A stretch of DNA of 64,000 nt, taken from NCBI GenBank assembly GCA_052327205.1, contig CM126235.1, positions 5,146,001-5,210,000 of the forward strand, read 5' to 3'. A program made the position numbers and the translations under genes. Below, in pieces: positions 25,330 through 39,334 of the stretch. Under the pieces are notes generated by a model. That model was not told the origin of the DNA. It searched no databases and was given only the letters and a program-made list of their open reading frames with translations. Position 1 is the first letter of the stretch. Each line of letters begins with the position of its first letter. The DNA is from Somniosus microcephalus. Taxonomy: Eukaryota.

Positions 25330-25653
25330 CAGGAAACTGTGTGTTATCCGGAGGCTAACTGTCCAGAATGCTCGAGCCACCGGCAAAAATCAGGTGCCGT
25401 TTTCGTTAGTTTTTTTTTTTCCTCGTTGCTTTTTTTTTTCTTGTTGCTTTTTTCCCTCAACAGTCAAGCTCTGCAAGGTCTGCTGAAGCTGTTGCTAAGC
25501 TACAGAGACGCTTGGACTGTTTAGAAGCTGTTGAGGGTTTGTTGACAGATACGGAGCTCAGAAGCTTCCGTATCTTTCAACATTTGCGCTGGAGTGTCCG
25601 GCAGTTTTGAGGGAACGGCAACAGCTCGGTCCCGGATAGCACAAAGTTTCCTG
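25330..25653. mobile_element. Tigger-like MITE downstream of exon 8b
   Basis: TA|CAGGAAACTGTGTGTTATCCGG...CCGGATAGCACAAAGTTTCCTG|TA. Confidence 0.88.
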
Positions 25654-25910
25654 TACTACAGTCCTAGGGCAGTTTCATTTGCAGATCACGAGAGCATGCT
25701 CATTTACATATCATGCACCAAATGTCCTTAAAAATTACAGTATAATTGGGCCAAGATATATTTGCACAAACACATACAAACCAATATATATTGAAGGTAG
25801 CTAACGTTTGCCACGGTTAATCATGAGAAATACGAAGAGCACACCTCAGATGACCAAAAGCACGCAGGAGGACAGAATGTTTGCAAAGTACAGAAGAGAT
25901 AAGAGCTCAC

Positions 25911-25996
25911 CTTTTGAGCACCTGAGAAGGCATGGTAGTAGCATGAAACGTAAGTCATAATAGCCTTTTCATCTGGCCTGAGAGTGCCTACAATAT
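25911..25996 (-). CDS. ACTN4: alpha-actinin-4 exon 8b (mutually exclusive), [29 protein letters not shown]
   Basis: 86 nt, cag|...|gtgagc; paralog of 8a with identical length and phase and mostly synonymous differences; GTLRP matches mammalian ACTN4 exon 8b. Confidence 0.92.
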
Positions 25997-26190
25997 CTGT
26001 GCAGAGAGAAAGTCAGAGCAGAGTAAGGTTGCATCATGCCACAAGCAGAAACACCGTTTCCTCATTATACGGCGCGAGAGCGCACAGGCGCAGCATCATG
26101 CCTGGAACCGAGAATTTTAAAATCTGAGGGACAGCTGAAAGAAAAGCAGGAGATCAGTGTTGCAGGAAGGGAGGGGTCCTTGGCGACTTA

Positions 26191-26301
<111 letters not shown>

Positions 26302-26957
26302 TTAGAAGCTTCTAATCGACATTTTAAGCTGCTGTAATTAAACCTTTCCGTGTGCATTAGCCTCCGGCCAACTTCACTCCAGTGTACAATTTTAGTCACC
26401 ACATTTTCACAGTTTCAAAAAAGGGAATATGAAGGAAGTGGTGCAGCAAACTTCACAGGAAGTGGTGCAGCACACTTAAAAAAAAAAAATTAAAAAAAAT
26501 CAGCTTTCTTCTTTCAAATCTACAATGGAGCTGTTCACCAAGGAAAGTTCCAGAAAACCCCAAATGCCTTTATTACTGTGTTCTGCACCTCCAGCAGAAA
26601 GGAAATGAAGTCCAGAACACCAATGGAAGCTGAACCAATCACTGCAGTCAAGTCCTGGCATGGTCGCACACAGTATTTGAACAATGGGAGGAAAGAATGA
26701 CACTAAACTGCAGAATGTCGGGTATTGATTAGCATGAAGTGTGAAGGAATTTAGTGCTTTTGCGGAAACCGAAGACACCTGGTCGCTCACAGAAGGGAAG
26801 TATAAACCTCAGATGTGTGGACATGTATTGACTATCAAAATTCACAGTATGGACATCTGTAAATGTTTAAGATTTATCATAACTAGACCGTACAATGCGT
26901 TCTGCAGTCATTTTTACATTCTGCAGAAATGAAGCAGAAAGCTACATTAACCAAGTA

Positions 26958-27285
26958 CAGGAAACTTTGTGTTATCCGGAGGCTAACTGTCCAGAATGCT
27001 CGAGCCACCTGCAAAAATCAGGTGCCGTTTTCGTTAGGTTTTATTTCTTCTTGTTTTTTTCTTCTCGTTGCTTTTTTCCTCAACAGTCAAGCTCTGCAAG
27101 GTCTGCTGAAGCTGTTGCTAAGCTACAGAGACGCTTGGACTGTTTAGAAAAGCAACAGGGTTTGTTGACAGATACGGAGCTCAGAAGCTTCCGTATCTTT
27201 CAACATTAGCGCTGGAGTGTCCGGCAGTTTTGAGGGAACGGCAACAGCTCGGTCCCGTCAGTGCCGGATAGCACAAAGTTTCCTG
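26958..27285. mobile_element. Tigger-like MITE upstream of exon 8a, near-identical direct copy of 25330-25653
   Basis: Same TIRs and TA duplication; internal sequence aligns almost end to end. Confidence 0.88.
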
Positions 27286-30200
27286 TACTGCAAAAATATA
27301 TTTAAGTTTATTCCATCCTTAAGTTGTGTGAAAAAGGAAAAGCATGCTTTTATCATTTATTAAAATGTCAGGGGTCAGTAGTAAAAGGAACAGCCTCTGG
27401 CAGAATGGAATCCTGGTGGCATTTAAAACCCCTGTGGTAGCATTCGTTACTAATCATGGTTGGACTGGTTTACCTGTCGGTTAATAAAGTTTATGTATTA
27501 GTTTGAGCTACTGCACACAGCCAGAGTTATATTAAAAAAGACTGCAGACACCATTAAAGTCATCCTCAAAATCAGCTAGATGCACACAATGGACTCAGTC
27601 ATTACATATTTAAATCTCTGATCAGCAAGTTCACTTGGTAAAGACAGAATGAAAATCTCAAGAACAAGTGGTTATTTGCTCCTGAAAATTCTACAATTAA
27701 CTCTGAAGCTGTGGTACTACAATGACTAAAAGGGTACACCTCAGCTAGGCCAGATCTCTCCACAGTTCAAAGGCTGAACAATCTACAAATACTGCTCTCG
27801 GATGGTATTTTATGGATAGCTTTGGTGGCCGAGTTGCAGCTGATGTGCTTTTTCCTATAGGACAGGCTTGCACGGGCATGTGAAAATAAATAGATTTTAA
27901 AAAAGGCAGAAGGAAAAGTGATCAGTTATGAATGTGGAAATGAATATGCACATTGTGTGGTTAAAGCATTGCAGAAAGATTGTGCAAGTGTGAAGCAGAC
28001 ATGAACTGCATCATAATAAATCAGATGGAGAAGAGAGAATAAAGTGTGAATGTCTTAGTTGCATGTAAACCAAAAAAGTCTATTAGCAGACTCATTCCAG
28101 TGGGCTGTAGAACCTGCAGCTCAAAGGCCACATACAGCCATTGCACCCAGCCCTAGCAATTCAGCTTTGCAGGGCTAGGCAACCCAATACTATTTGCCCA
28201 TATATTTTATTATTTGTCCTCAGAATCTTGGGGGTTTGGAAAGAGCAGTTCTCAACACACTTGCCTCACTGATGGATAAATCCTAAATCAGAATACCAAG
28301 ATCCATTAGTATCAGCAATTTGAGGCATTTGCAAATTAATGGGAAGACTGATTTAAACTTTGCACTCTGCTCCCGCAGCTCCATGGTGCACACCCGTTCA
28401 GCCCACTAGGACAAAAGATTGGGCACTCCTGCTGCAGGTTAAATATCAAATGTGCTTTAGCAGTGCAAATTAAAAAGGAGGGTGGTTTTTAAACTGAAAC
28501 AGGAAATGGTGGTTTGAAGTTACAAAATGTTGCAACACCCAAACATTAATGGGGAAGTGAAGACTTTGGGGGGGGGGGGGGGGGGGGGGGAGGGAAGTAC
28601 TTTAGCTCAAAACACTTCCTTTTAAAAAAACTTAATTTCCTCACTAACAAAATGTAACTTTAATCACAATGCAGACCCTCGAGTGGGTCTCTGCTCCCCA
28701 TTAGGTTGCTACAGTGCAGTCAATTACAGGAAGCATCCATTGTAAATGATGGAATGTGGCTTCAAACTTGCACGAGACCCAGGAGATGATGTCCGGCCCT
28801 GGGAAACCAAGCAGAGAATGCAGATCACCCAGCCTGTCGAATAGTCACTCCCAGACAATTGAAAGTACACCCTAAAATTTGAGCGTATTCACGACAGTGA
28901 TCAAAACACAGTTTTACTTTCTTCTATACTTTGAAGGCATCATGCAAACACCAATCCAGTCCTCACCGGACATCTACACAAGTGCGCTCTCCAGTAGCAA
29001 TCATCGATTACCGATAGAGAAGGAAGGCAAGCCAATTTTCCCCTCTAATCTAGGATCAACCAACCCAAGTTAGGTGTCCTTTCTGCTGTGTTCTGCTAAC
29101 TCAGCATACACCAGCGATCGAATCTGTACCCTGCCTGGTCTGTACGACTCAAGCAAATCAGGGAGAAAGAATATATTCAATGTCTAAATGAATGTTCTTG
29201 TTGACGGTGACTTTTAACTGGTGTAAACTAGTTGCAGGTTTACTGTTGAAATGATTCAGCATATAGGAAATACAATGAAGACAATTCATAACCTTCATGC
29301 ATGATGTATACGTATCAACACATGTTCAGCTTTGCATTCGGCAAGGAAACATCTGCACCATCATTCTCTACAGTAATGATATTCACAATTAATTAAAGCT
29401 TGTTTGAACCACTTCTTGTGATACCTGGGTACAATAATGGAACTCCAGGGCACACCTCCAAAAAGTGGAGTAGCTTACAAAAAAAAGAAACCTTGCGTCA
29501 ATCCAACAACGTAAACACGACTCAGAAGGCCATTCTCCCAGCTTTACTCCCTCGTCAGGCTCAGTATTTCATCATTAACCAAATTCAAATACAATAACCA
29601 AATTGCCAAATGAGGAAAGGTTGTAACAATTTTATGTCAGTGACCTCTGGCTACTTTTCTAATCACTTAAACAAAAAAAAATACTAGTTGTTCTGGTAGG
29701 TAGACAGATAGAGTAGGAAAGCTCAAGTGCACTCCAATTTGATAATAGTCTGCAGAATTTTCTTGACATGTTAGTAAAAACACCAAGTTTTTTTCCCCCC
29801 AACAGAGACCCTGGATTTGGGTTTCTATAGCGATACCACCATTAGGGAGCCTTCCCATGTTTCCTTGAGTGGTTCTGTTGTGAGCAACAGGGAACACAAC
29901 TTCAAACTGTCCCGAGAGCTGGCAAGCCCTGCAAAGACAAGCTACAGACTGCAAAAATCGGCATCTTCGGGCATAGTCATGGTTGCGAGGATCAAGGGTC
30001 TCAACAGGCCTTTTAAAATTGCGCTCAACGCAGTTTACTATGAAGTTGTTACTGGACCGTCCCATGCTGTTGACCTCAATGGACTAGTCTAGCAGTTGAG
30101 AATTACACATGTTCATTATCTCCCTAACGTTAAGAAGTTTGGTACCTTCACTAGAAATGTGAAACACATTCTGCTCCAATTTACATTTACTTTGAACTAA

Positions 30201-30551
30201 AAAAATACTCCTAGACTTTTCATCTCCTTTAATGGACTGAAATTAATCTGGTCTTTATAATGCTTCTACTGCAGTGAGCTGCAGAAACAGCATTTTGGGC
30301 CAGCCTACAAAGTCTTGCAGACAGTAACCTGTTGGTGCTGAAGAAACATTAAATGAATGAATTCTATAGTAAGCAGGTAACTGAAGCTTTCACAGGCTGA
30401 ACTGAATAGAGGATTCCATACAATTCGAACAAAAGACAGGCCCAGTGCTTTTACAAGGATATTAGGCTGATCACAGAACACAGTGTTCTGTACTAACAGT
30501 CTGACATAAAATATAGCATGCTTGTAAGTGGACTCAAGTGTATTCTCTTCA

Positions 30552-30746
<195 letters not shown>

Positions 30747-30861
30747 TTAAAATGCTTTTTCTATCAAATATTTTGAACAAAATAAGGAAGTGCATGAGAA
30801 GCTGTAATTGTGTACTTGAGAACTGATCTAATACCAGTACATGCAGGGATTACAGGGTCTA

Positions 30862-31053
<192 letters not shown>

Positions 31054-31789
31054 TTAGAGAGAGAGAAAATAAAGAAAACACAATGATATATCCATTCCCA
31101 TCAGTTCAAACCATGATACCATAACAGGACAGTTGTGAGCATCTACAACAGTAGATGGGTATATTGCAAAATTGGCCATTTCTCCTTACACCTCTGAAGT
31201 GCCTTGGGATGTTTGTCTATGTTAAAAGGTGCTATATTAACACAAGTTGTTGTTGAGTTGCTGTACACCAAGGGATGGCAAAGAAAATATCAGAAGGGAA
31301 GTGCATCACCAATACTAGCTACCCAAGCACCAGAATTCGGTGAATGTAGAATAGCGAACAGCATCGGGTATACGCAAAGTTGAATCACTGCATAAACTTG
31401 CTTATAATTTAAGCAAGTGTAACTCCATTAAACTCGACACAATTTTTGCTGGCAATGCATGCCACTTTAAACTGACTTCTGCGTCAAACAACTAAGTTAA
31501 TCACCCAAGCTAGCCAAGTAAACCATTGAAAAAACAAATGGAAATTTTATATCCCTTTATATTCTAGGATTGCCTCCCATGGGAAGAGTCCTGTTCACAA
31601 CAGCCTTACAGTACACAAATGGCCTAATCCCCTCTTCATGCTTGCAGGATTGCTGTAATGGCTTTTGCATACTTTCCCAAAACAGAGAAAATCCGTGGAC
31701 TGACTGGCCATGGCAAAAGCCCAACTTTGTATTCAGAGTTGTATTTACACTTAAAACTATACCTACATAGGCAACTTAGCAGAATGGGT

Positions 31790-32480
31790 GAGTGCAATTT
31801 AATAGAAAAGTGTATGGCAATACATTGAGAGGCAATATAAGGAATGGATACACGCATTGGAAAAACACTGACGGAGGTAGATGAACAGAGACACCAAGAG
31901 TTTCAATTACACAACTCCTTGGAAGTGCGAGAGCCATAAAAAAGGCCAAAAGTATTTGGGGTTTTAGAAATAAGGGCACAGGAGGCAATGATAAATATAT
32001 ACAAGGCAATGAGTATGGGCAATTATAGGTGTCCCATCATATAAAAAGGGTATTAAAGCCAGAGAGCAAACAGCGAAGATACACCAGGACGAGAAACTAT
32101 AATTATGAGGATAGATTTGAAATATTTCCAGTGGAGCAGAGAACAAAAAAGGAGATTTATTATAAATTTTTTAAACTGTGAAAGGTGATAGGGGGGGAAT
32201 AGGGAAAGACCATTTCCTCTGGTTGGGAAGTCAGTGATGAGGGGTCATAAATTTAAAATTGTCAGAGTGGTTGGGAGAAATGTATTTTTTAAAGAGTATG
32301 GAAATCTTTGCCAGAGCGAGCAATTGAGGCAGAGACCATTGCATCTTAAGGGAAAAGTGGATAAACAATTGAAGCAGAGGACGAAACAGGGCTAGGAGGA
32401 TGGCAGAGGGATTAGTTTTGGACTGCTCCTGCAAAAAGCCAGCACAATGTCCATGGGCCAAATGGCCTCCTTCAATACTT
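31790..32480 (+). mobile_element. Old CR1 3' fragment
   Basis: Degenerate RT C-terminus and tail ending atgggccaaatggcctcctt. Confidence 0.65.
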
Positions 32481-33278
32481 GTGCGAGGATCGCATGCTGA
32501 GTGTTTCCTTCTATTGTTGAACCTAGCCCACAGAATAATTACAGCACAGCAGAATCAAACACATACTGGAAACTGCAGTATTAAAGGTGCATTACAGTTA
32601 TCATTCTCCCTTAGGTGGGGTTGGGCCAAATGCCATTTTGTTTTATTTGTGCAATGGCTGCAACATTTAAATTGAAAGTGTTCAATTGTGTCAACCACAT
32701 TATGCAAAAATTCACCATCAACCATAAGCAATTAAGAGGGGAGCAGTAAGGGACAATGGGCTGACAGAGTAATATTTATGATGTTGCTGAAGTCACTGCT
32801 GCAAAAGAGAACAAGTTAATTAAGACATAGGGTGAAAGTCAAGGGATACATGCACAGAGACTGGCTGAATGGACAATTGAATTGGTATGTGCTCAATTGC
32901 AATCACCGGAACTGGTTTGTAAAAAGCTTTCACCATTTTAGTTTACCCTTCCTGTCTTCAGGAGCTAGACAAAAGTTTAAGAAAATGTATATTGCACGGA
33001 GCATTGTTATACCACTAGTGTGGAAGCCATGATAAGTGCACACAAGTGCTCAAACAAAGGGCAACTGTATTGTAAAATATCAATAGCTTGCTACAGAGCT
33101 TCTATGAACATCGATAGCAAGACTCGGGTGCAAAATGACGACCAGCAAGACTAGCGGCAAAGAAAAATATGTTCACTACAAGTCTGTTATTACAAATCTG
33201 TCACTCCAATTTAAACAGATCACTTCCCTCCCCTCCTCACATGAAGAAAATGAGTGATACTTGATGCTGCACCCATTA

Positions 33279-33404
<126 letters not shown>

Positions 33405-34837
33405 TCAGAACTGTTCAACTATCAGAGAAGTAGCTCCAAAGCACTTTATGGCATATAGCACAAAGTAAAAAATAAAAATAAAAAAGCACCTTAAAAGATC
33501 ATGCCCAGATTAGCAACTCAGTCCACAGGGAACACAAGTGCTATTTGGAACCACCTGGCTTTCCATAGGTTTAGACCCCACAGGACATTCTGCATTACAT
33601 ACCACCTGCTTCACAATAATTGCTTCCTGTCAGGTTCCTATTTCAAAGCAATTTCAAGGCGTAACTTAACCTGGAATGTACACATTCTCATTGTAGCTAA
33701 ACAAAGTTATTTCATCCTATAATAAAGACCATCAGCTCACCAATCTCTACTGTGCCCGAGTTAATAAATTACTAATTACTGAATGTACAGACCAACAGCT
33801 GGGAGCTTTCAGCATTGCAGATTGCCACTGCTGCTATCACTGGAAATATTGGTTTAAGAACATCGTCAGGATCAAGCACAGAATGTCCAGCGTACTCTAT
33901 GTTCATTTCTACAGGTTCTTGACCTCTACTATGCAGATAAATTGTTCAAGCCGCTATGCAGTCAAAACTAGGTAAACAAAGTAGACAGAACAGCATCCGT
34001 ACTGGAATACCAGTTCATAAAATAGCACTCAATTGACTAAAAAAAATGATTAACCGATCTACCTGAAGTAGACTGATGAGGCCACCTATCTTTAATATCC
34101 ATTTTATACTCAACCACATTTGAAGTTACACCATCCTGTTGGCGAAACCAATTAATATGGTCCTCTGCTTCCAGTGTTTTAAACATTTTAAAATACAAAT
34201 ATTTGATTAATTTTGCACCAATATGAGGATAGTTAGTACAAAAGAAGGGATACTTTCCCATTTTGGCACCAAATGCCCAAGTTAAGCATTTACATCAGGT
34301 ACACCATGGGCCAGCTGCACAGTAAAGCTATTGTTAATATAGCCCCAGTACGCCGCATCTTTTGAAGAGCAATGAGAATTTATTTCAATATCCTGCACCA
34401 GCCGTTCTTGGAGCCTGACTGAGTTTACAATTTATGCAGAATTACGGGTAGTCTCACCCTATGGGCTCAAATTCAGGAATGGAGTGGAAACTACCCCAAA
34501 TTCCCTTAGAACCTTCAGAGTCAACAGAAAAAAAAACTCCATCTATCCCAGGCTTGATTTGAAACCAGTTCATAAAAAGAGCAGGAAGAATGTGCTAAAC
34601 CACTGCCAGTCCCCTCAAACATTCTCTCAGCAACCAGCTTATTCATTCCTGGAGCTGTAAATAGAAAAGGGACCACAAATATCACTGTTTATTTTCAAAT
34701 CTTCTGGAACTATGCATGATGTTCAGAGCAGCAGAAAGAATTGAGCTCCCATGTGTGCACTAATCAAGCTAAGAATTCAGGTCCATAGGTGGTCACAATA
34801 AGGAGGTTACATGTCAGAATTAAAAATTAGTTCTTAC

Positions 34838-34924
34838 CTTCAACCGATATGTCTTGAATAGCAAAACGAAGGATGATAGTCCAGATCATACCCAGAGTCA
34901 TCTTAGCATTCCCATCCACAATTT
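34838..34924 (-). CDS. ACTN4: alpha-actinin-4 exon 4, [29 protein letters not shown]
   Basis: 87 nt, cag|...|gtaag; GNAKM is ACTN4-type (ACTN1 has GNVKM); read by hand, not in ORF track. Confidence 0.95.
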
Positions 34925-36815
34925 CTGGGGGGAAAAAACAACTTAATTTCTGAAAATTATATGCAGTTTGTCTCGATCTGCAAATAAACTCATCTCAGCT
35001 GGAACAGTTAATATTTCTAAATTGGAACTTTTGTGCAGCTGCATAAGACATCCTTACAGTTCACTTTCATTACCTATTAGAGACAAACTCACCATTTAAA
35101 ACAAACTAATAGAATCACAAAGGAATGAGGCAAGACTCAATCCTTAGAAGAATGAATTTGCATTAATCTAGTATCTCATTGTGTCCTTAAAAATGTTCCT
35201 AAATGCTTTACAACAGTCGCTGTTATGTAGTTATTGTGCACTTGCTGAGTATTAAGCTTTTCAAAGTAGTTTATCAATACATATATATCCACCTGGTAGC
35301 ACACATGAATTTCCATTATTTGTGGTCATGATCCCAAAAAGTATGGCACTGCAATTCTACCAATAATCTGAAATATTAAAATTACAAATGGAGTTGCATG
35401 CCTATCATCTCTGGAGCCATTACAATAGCTGTATTAGGCTTATCAATCACTCCAGCTGATCGGAGACATGGGGAGGTGCGGTAGCGGGATCAGAAAAAAA
35501 TTCCTTGTTTGATATATTTACATGTGCCCTCGAGAAAAAAAAGAGGCTACATTAAACTCAAATACACAGTTCTGATTGCAGCTCTGGCTTTCTATGGATG
35601 GGAAAGAGCAAAATAAAGTGACTCAGAAATAGTAAGGATTGAGGAAAACAACCTGCTCAGTTTTCTCACACCTCACAGGAGCCAATTTAAGTGCAGGTTT
35701 TGGAAAAGACCGGAGAACAAGGATCTTGCCTTTTAAAAAAACCACATGAAACTTGAATAGATTTGTCTGGGATTCTGAACAAAATAACTACCAGTCCAGG
35801 AGCTAAAGAGACTCTACACAGGCACAAGACCCCATAGGGCATTGCATTAACTTCTTTCCTATCCAGTTAATTTTAGCATGAAGTGAGGATCATGGTGAAA
35901 TTAATTAAAATATCACATTGCAACAGACCTCAACACAACTCCTACCCTACCCCACCAGAACAAAAAACACACCCATTGGTCTTAAATCTGCAGTCGACCT
36001 GTATGGCTTTAACCGGGAAAAGAGGAGTTTTGTAGTTGAAACTGAGTCGTTGTGCTTGGTCTTTATGGAGCATGGACAGCTAGAGATTCCAGGCTATTTG
36101 ATACTTCCAAGCACAGTTCAAACCCATCAATCAGAAACCCTTTATTAAAAGGTTTTCATGTTATAAAAAAACTGGGCCTAGCAAAAAATAAGACAAAACC
36201 TGTTTCAGAATGGCACTATAGCATGTTAAGCTAATGGGATGTGCCATGAAGGAGATCCCCCTTGCAGGAGTGTTCTAGATGTTAGATGAAGCACCTTGTA
36301 GAAGGTGGGAAGAGAAAAGCAGCTTCGCCAGAGGGACAGTTAATCTTTGGTATCCAGTTCAAGAATAGCATCAGCAAAGGTCTACAACAGATTACCAGCC
36401 CACATTAACAGAATGGCATGTAGCTGGGAGAGAAACAAACACAAACCTCAAAGAAAAGGAAATCTAACTCCAGTACTAGACCATCAAGTTTTCAATGCAA
36501 GAATGAACTGCAATCAACCTTAATCAACATTCACACCAGTAAATATATGAATTCTGAAGCAAGTTTTGGTCCACAAAAGGAAAGGGGAAAGTAAGGAATC
36601 ATGGGGAAAAAACTGGAATTATGACAAACAGTCAATGACACATTGACATTAGAGTATGAAAATTGCAGGTTCCAGGTCCATCCAAGACTTAATCCAAAAT
36701 CGTACTCCACTACATTGTTGGAGGCAATCACCCTCAGTGAGATGTTAAGCCAATTTCCCTCTGCTGTCACTGCGGCTGTATAAGCAATTTTTGGACTTCT
36801 GAAACAGAAGTACAG

Positions 36816-37250
36816 CAGTCAGACTTGGCTCGTGGTAGCACTCTCGCCTAGGCCTTGTAGATTTAAGCCTCACCCCAGGATTGGAGCACATAACCCAGGC
36901 CGACACTCCAGTGGGGTAACGAAGGAGAGCGGCACGGTCGGAGGTGCCACCTTTTGGATGAGATGTTAAACAGAGGCCCTGTCTGCTCTCAGGTAGACAC
37001 AAAAAGCATGGTACTATTGGAAGCAGAGGAGTTATCCTGGTAATCTGGCCATATTTATCCCTCAACCAACTTCATTGAAAAAAATGACCTGGTCATTTAA
37101 CTCATTGCTGCTTGTGGGATCTTGCTGTGTGCACATTGGCTGCCATGTTTCTCTACATTACAACAGTGACTACACTTGAACAAAGTATTTCAGTGCTTTG
37201 GAACACCCAAAGTTTGTAAAATGTGCTGTATAAATGCAAGATCTCTTTCT
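36816..37250 (+). mobile_element. Deu-domain SINE (SacSINE1/AmnSINE1 superfamily), near full length
   Basis: tRNA-like head (tggctcgtggtagc), Deu core cattgctgcttgtgggatcttgctgtgtgcacattggctgcc, tail tataaatgcaag. Confidence 0.8.
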
Positions 37251-38159
37251 ATATTGGTGCTGCTAAGGAACAGTCTTTAGAAACCCCTCCAATCCAAAAA
37301 TCCAGTCACGAGATATTACAGGTCTTCGTCTATGAAATGTTTCATCTATAAGTCACTGAAGCCATTATTTATGTAAAACCAGATTACTTTATTCTAATTA
37401 TGCTGACTTTTACGACTGTGGTACTATTGAAGCATTATCTGCACCTAGCAATTTACTTTATTGACACATGTTGCAGGCATACACTTACAAGTTTGAATCG
37501 AATTGAATTCCAAGTTTACAGGGGCCATCTGGAAAGCACTTGCAGGTTTGAACTCCTTTGAAATATTTTAGTGACAAACTAGTAATAGTTTGAGGTTTGA
37601 CTTTACTCTGGAATTGTTTAGGTGCCACCCTAGTGTTCGGTTGAGCAGTTTTGACAATACTGACCATTTTCCTTTTGACTAGATTTCCCTATAGTTGTAT
37701 TTACTGACAAGTAAGCCACAATAGGCTGCACAAACAGCTTTACAGTGCATACCAGCCCATTGCCAGAGAAACTGTTTTGAAAGAGGGGATACATCAGCTG
37801 GTTTCTTGGCAACAGAAACTGGCACCAATCTGCATAGCGAATAGTTAAGCCCGAGCACATTCCTAACAAATATGCAGGAGGTATGAATTCAGCACCCATT
37901 TCAGTTAGCTGAGCCAGCAGCTCAAATCCTTGAACACTGATCAGATAAAACTAGTCTCACATGATCTTCATTAGTGGAGCTAAGCAACTTCTTTGCCAAT
38001 CTTCCCCTTCTAATCCCATTTTATAGAAATTATACATAGATATAAAAATTCAGTTAATATGGTGCAACTGATTGTTCTATTAGCTGATTACAGTTGAAAA
38101 GTAATCAAGAATCAATATTGTGCACAATACATTTAATATCTGCATCCAGGAGTTCCAAT

Positions 38160-38310
38160 GTCTTAAGGCTAAGGGGATCAAGGGATATGGGGAGAATGCA
38201 GGGACAGGGTACTGAATTTGGATGATCAGCCATGATCACATTGAATGGCGGAGCAGGCTCGAGGGGCCGAATGGCCTACTCCTGCTCCTATCTTCTATGT
38301 CTATGTCTCT
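38160..38310 (+). mobile_element. CR1 3' tail
   Basis: Near-identical to 20754-20885. Confidence 0.85.
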
Positions 38311-38891
38311 AATCGGTAAATACAAAAGTTTCATTCTCAGCAAGTGCTATGTTCACCAATCTTAGCGGGGGTGGCGAGTTCCACAAATGGCCTCTATCTA
38401 GTGCACGAGGCCAAGGGAAAATAAATCAGGGTTCCTGATCGCTAGTGACCGGTGATGCCAACAGCTGAATAGCTGCCAGCACTGCACGGTTTAAGCTCAC
38501 ATGAGAATGGTCACTTGGGCAAGGTACGTGGTTTCACCAGTGCATGGAACCATATGCCAACACGAGGTAACACCTTCCTGAAAGAGTGGGGGTAAAAACT
38601 ACATGGAAAAGAAATATGAAAACAGAAATATGCAGACAACTTAGCATATTTTTTAAGAGCCAAAGGACATCTGGTATTCCAAGGGTAAAATTGGTACTTG
38701 CCAATATGATTAAGCCCCATTGACTAATCTGCGTGTCCAATTCCCAGTTAATTTCAACTTCAATCTAAAATTTCAAGAAATATATAATTTTGCTGAATGA
38801 GATTAATGAACATCGCCAGTTCCATTCCACTTGTAAAAATACATTTCTTCATGCAAGAAATTACATACATGTAAAGACATTTTGTTCTTAC

Positions 38892-39011
38892 CTTCTGCAC
38901 CAATGGAGACCAGCTTCACTCCTTTGGTTGCAATGAAATCCAACGCTTTGTTGACATTATTTATTTTATGCACCCGCATTTTCCCACGCTCTGGTTTAGG
39001 TAGTCGCTCTC
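38892..39011 (-). CDS. ACTN4: alpha-actinin-4 exon 3, [39 protein letters not shown]
   Basis: 120 nt, tag|...|gtaag; INNVNK is ACTN4-type (ACTN1 has ISNVNK). Confidence 0.95.
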
Positions 39012-39334
39012 CTAGGGGCAAGAAAAGGTTTGTTTGTAGATTTGTTTTTACTAAGCTTTTGCATGAAATTATACACACACACTTGGCCATAATTCTGAGA
39101 AGCTGCTTTTAAGATTGCAACTCTTTAGTGCAATACAATAGTACTTGCATTAACAAAAAAAGTTTCAGATCGTCCATGATTAAATGGATTAACTAAATAA
39201 ATGACTAAGGACTTAACTTATATAAATACCAGCAATAACTGCAAACAAATACCAATAGTTGGAGAAATCTCATGAAAGTCTTGCAAACTACCATCAATAT
39301 TCAAAAACTAAAACTTTCCCAGAGGTGGAAGCTT

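Noticed and set aside
26433-26477. Short direct repeat AGGAAGTGGTGCAGCA x2 upstream of exon 8a
   Set aside because: Only two units, consistent with a local tandem duplication; not CRISPR-like and no supportable function
28568-28590. Poly-G tracts (also ~7143, 11560, 15326, 55031, 57510, 62257), mostly on the + strand
   Set aside because: Simple homopolymers, prone to slippage and assembly error; too few to support a strand-bias or G-quadruplex claim
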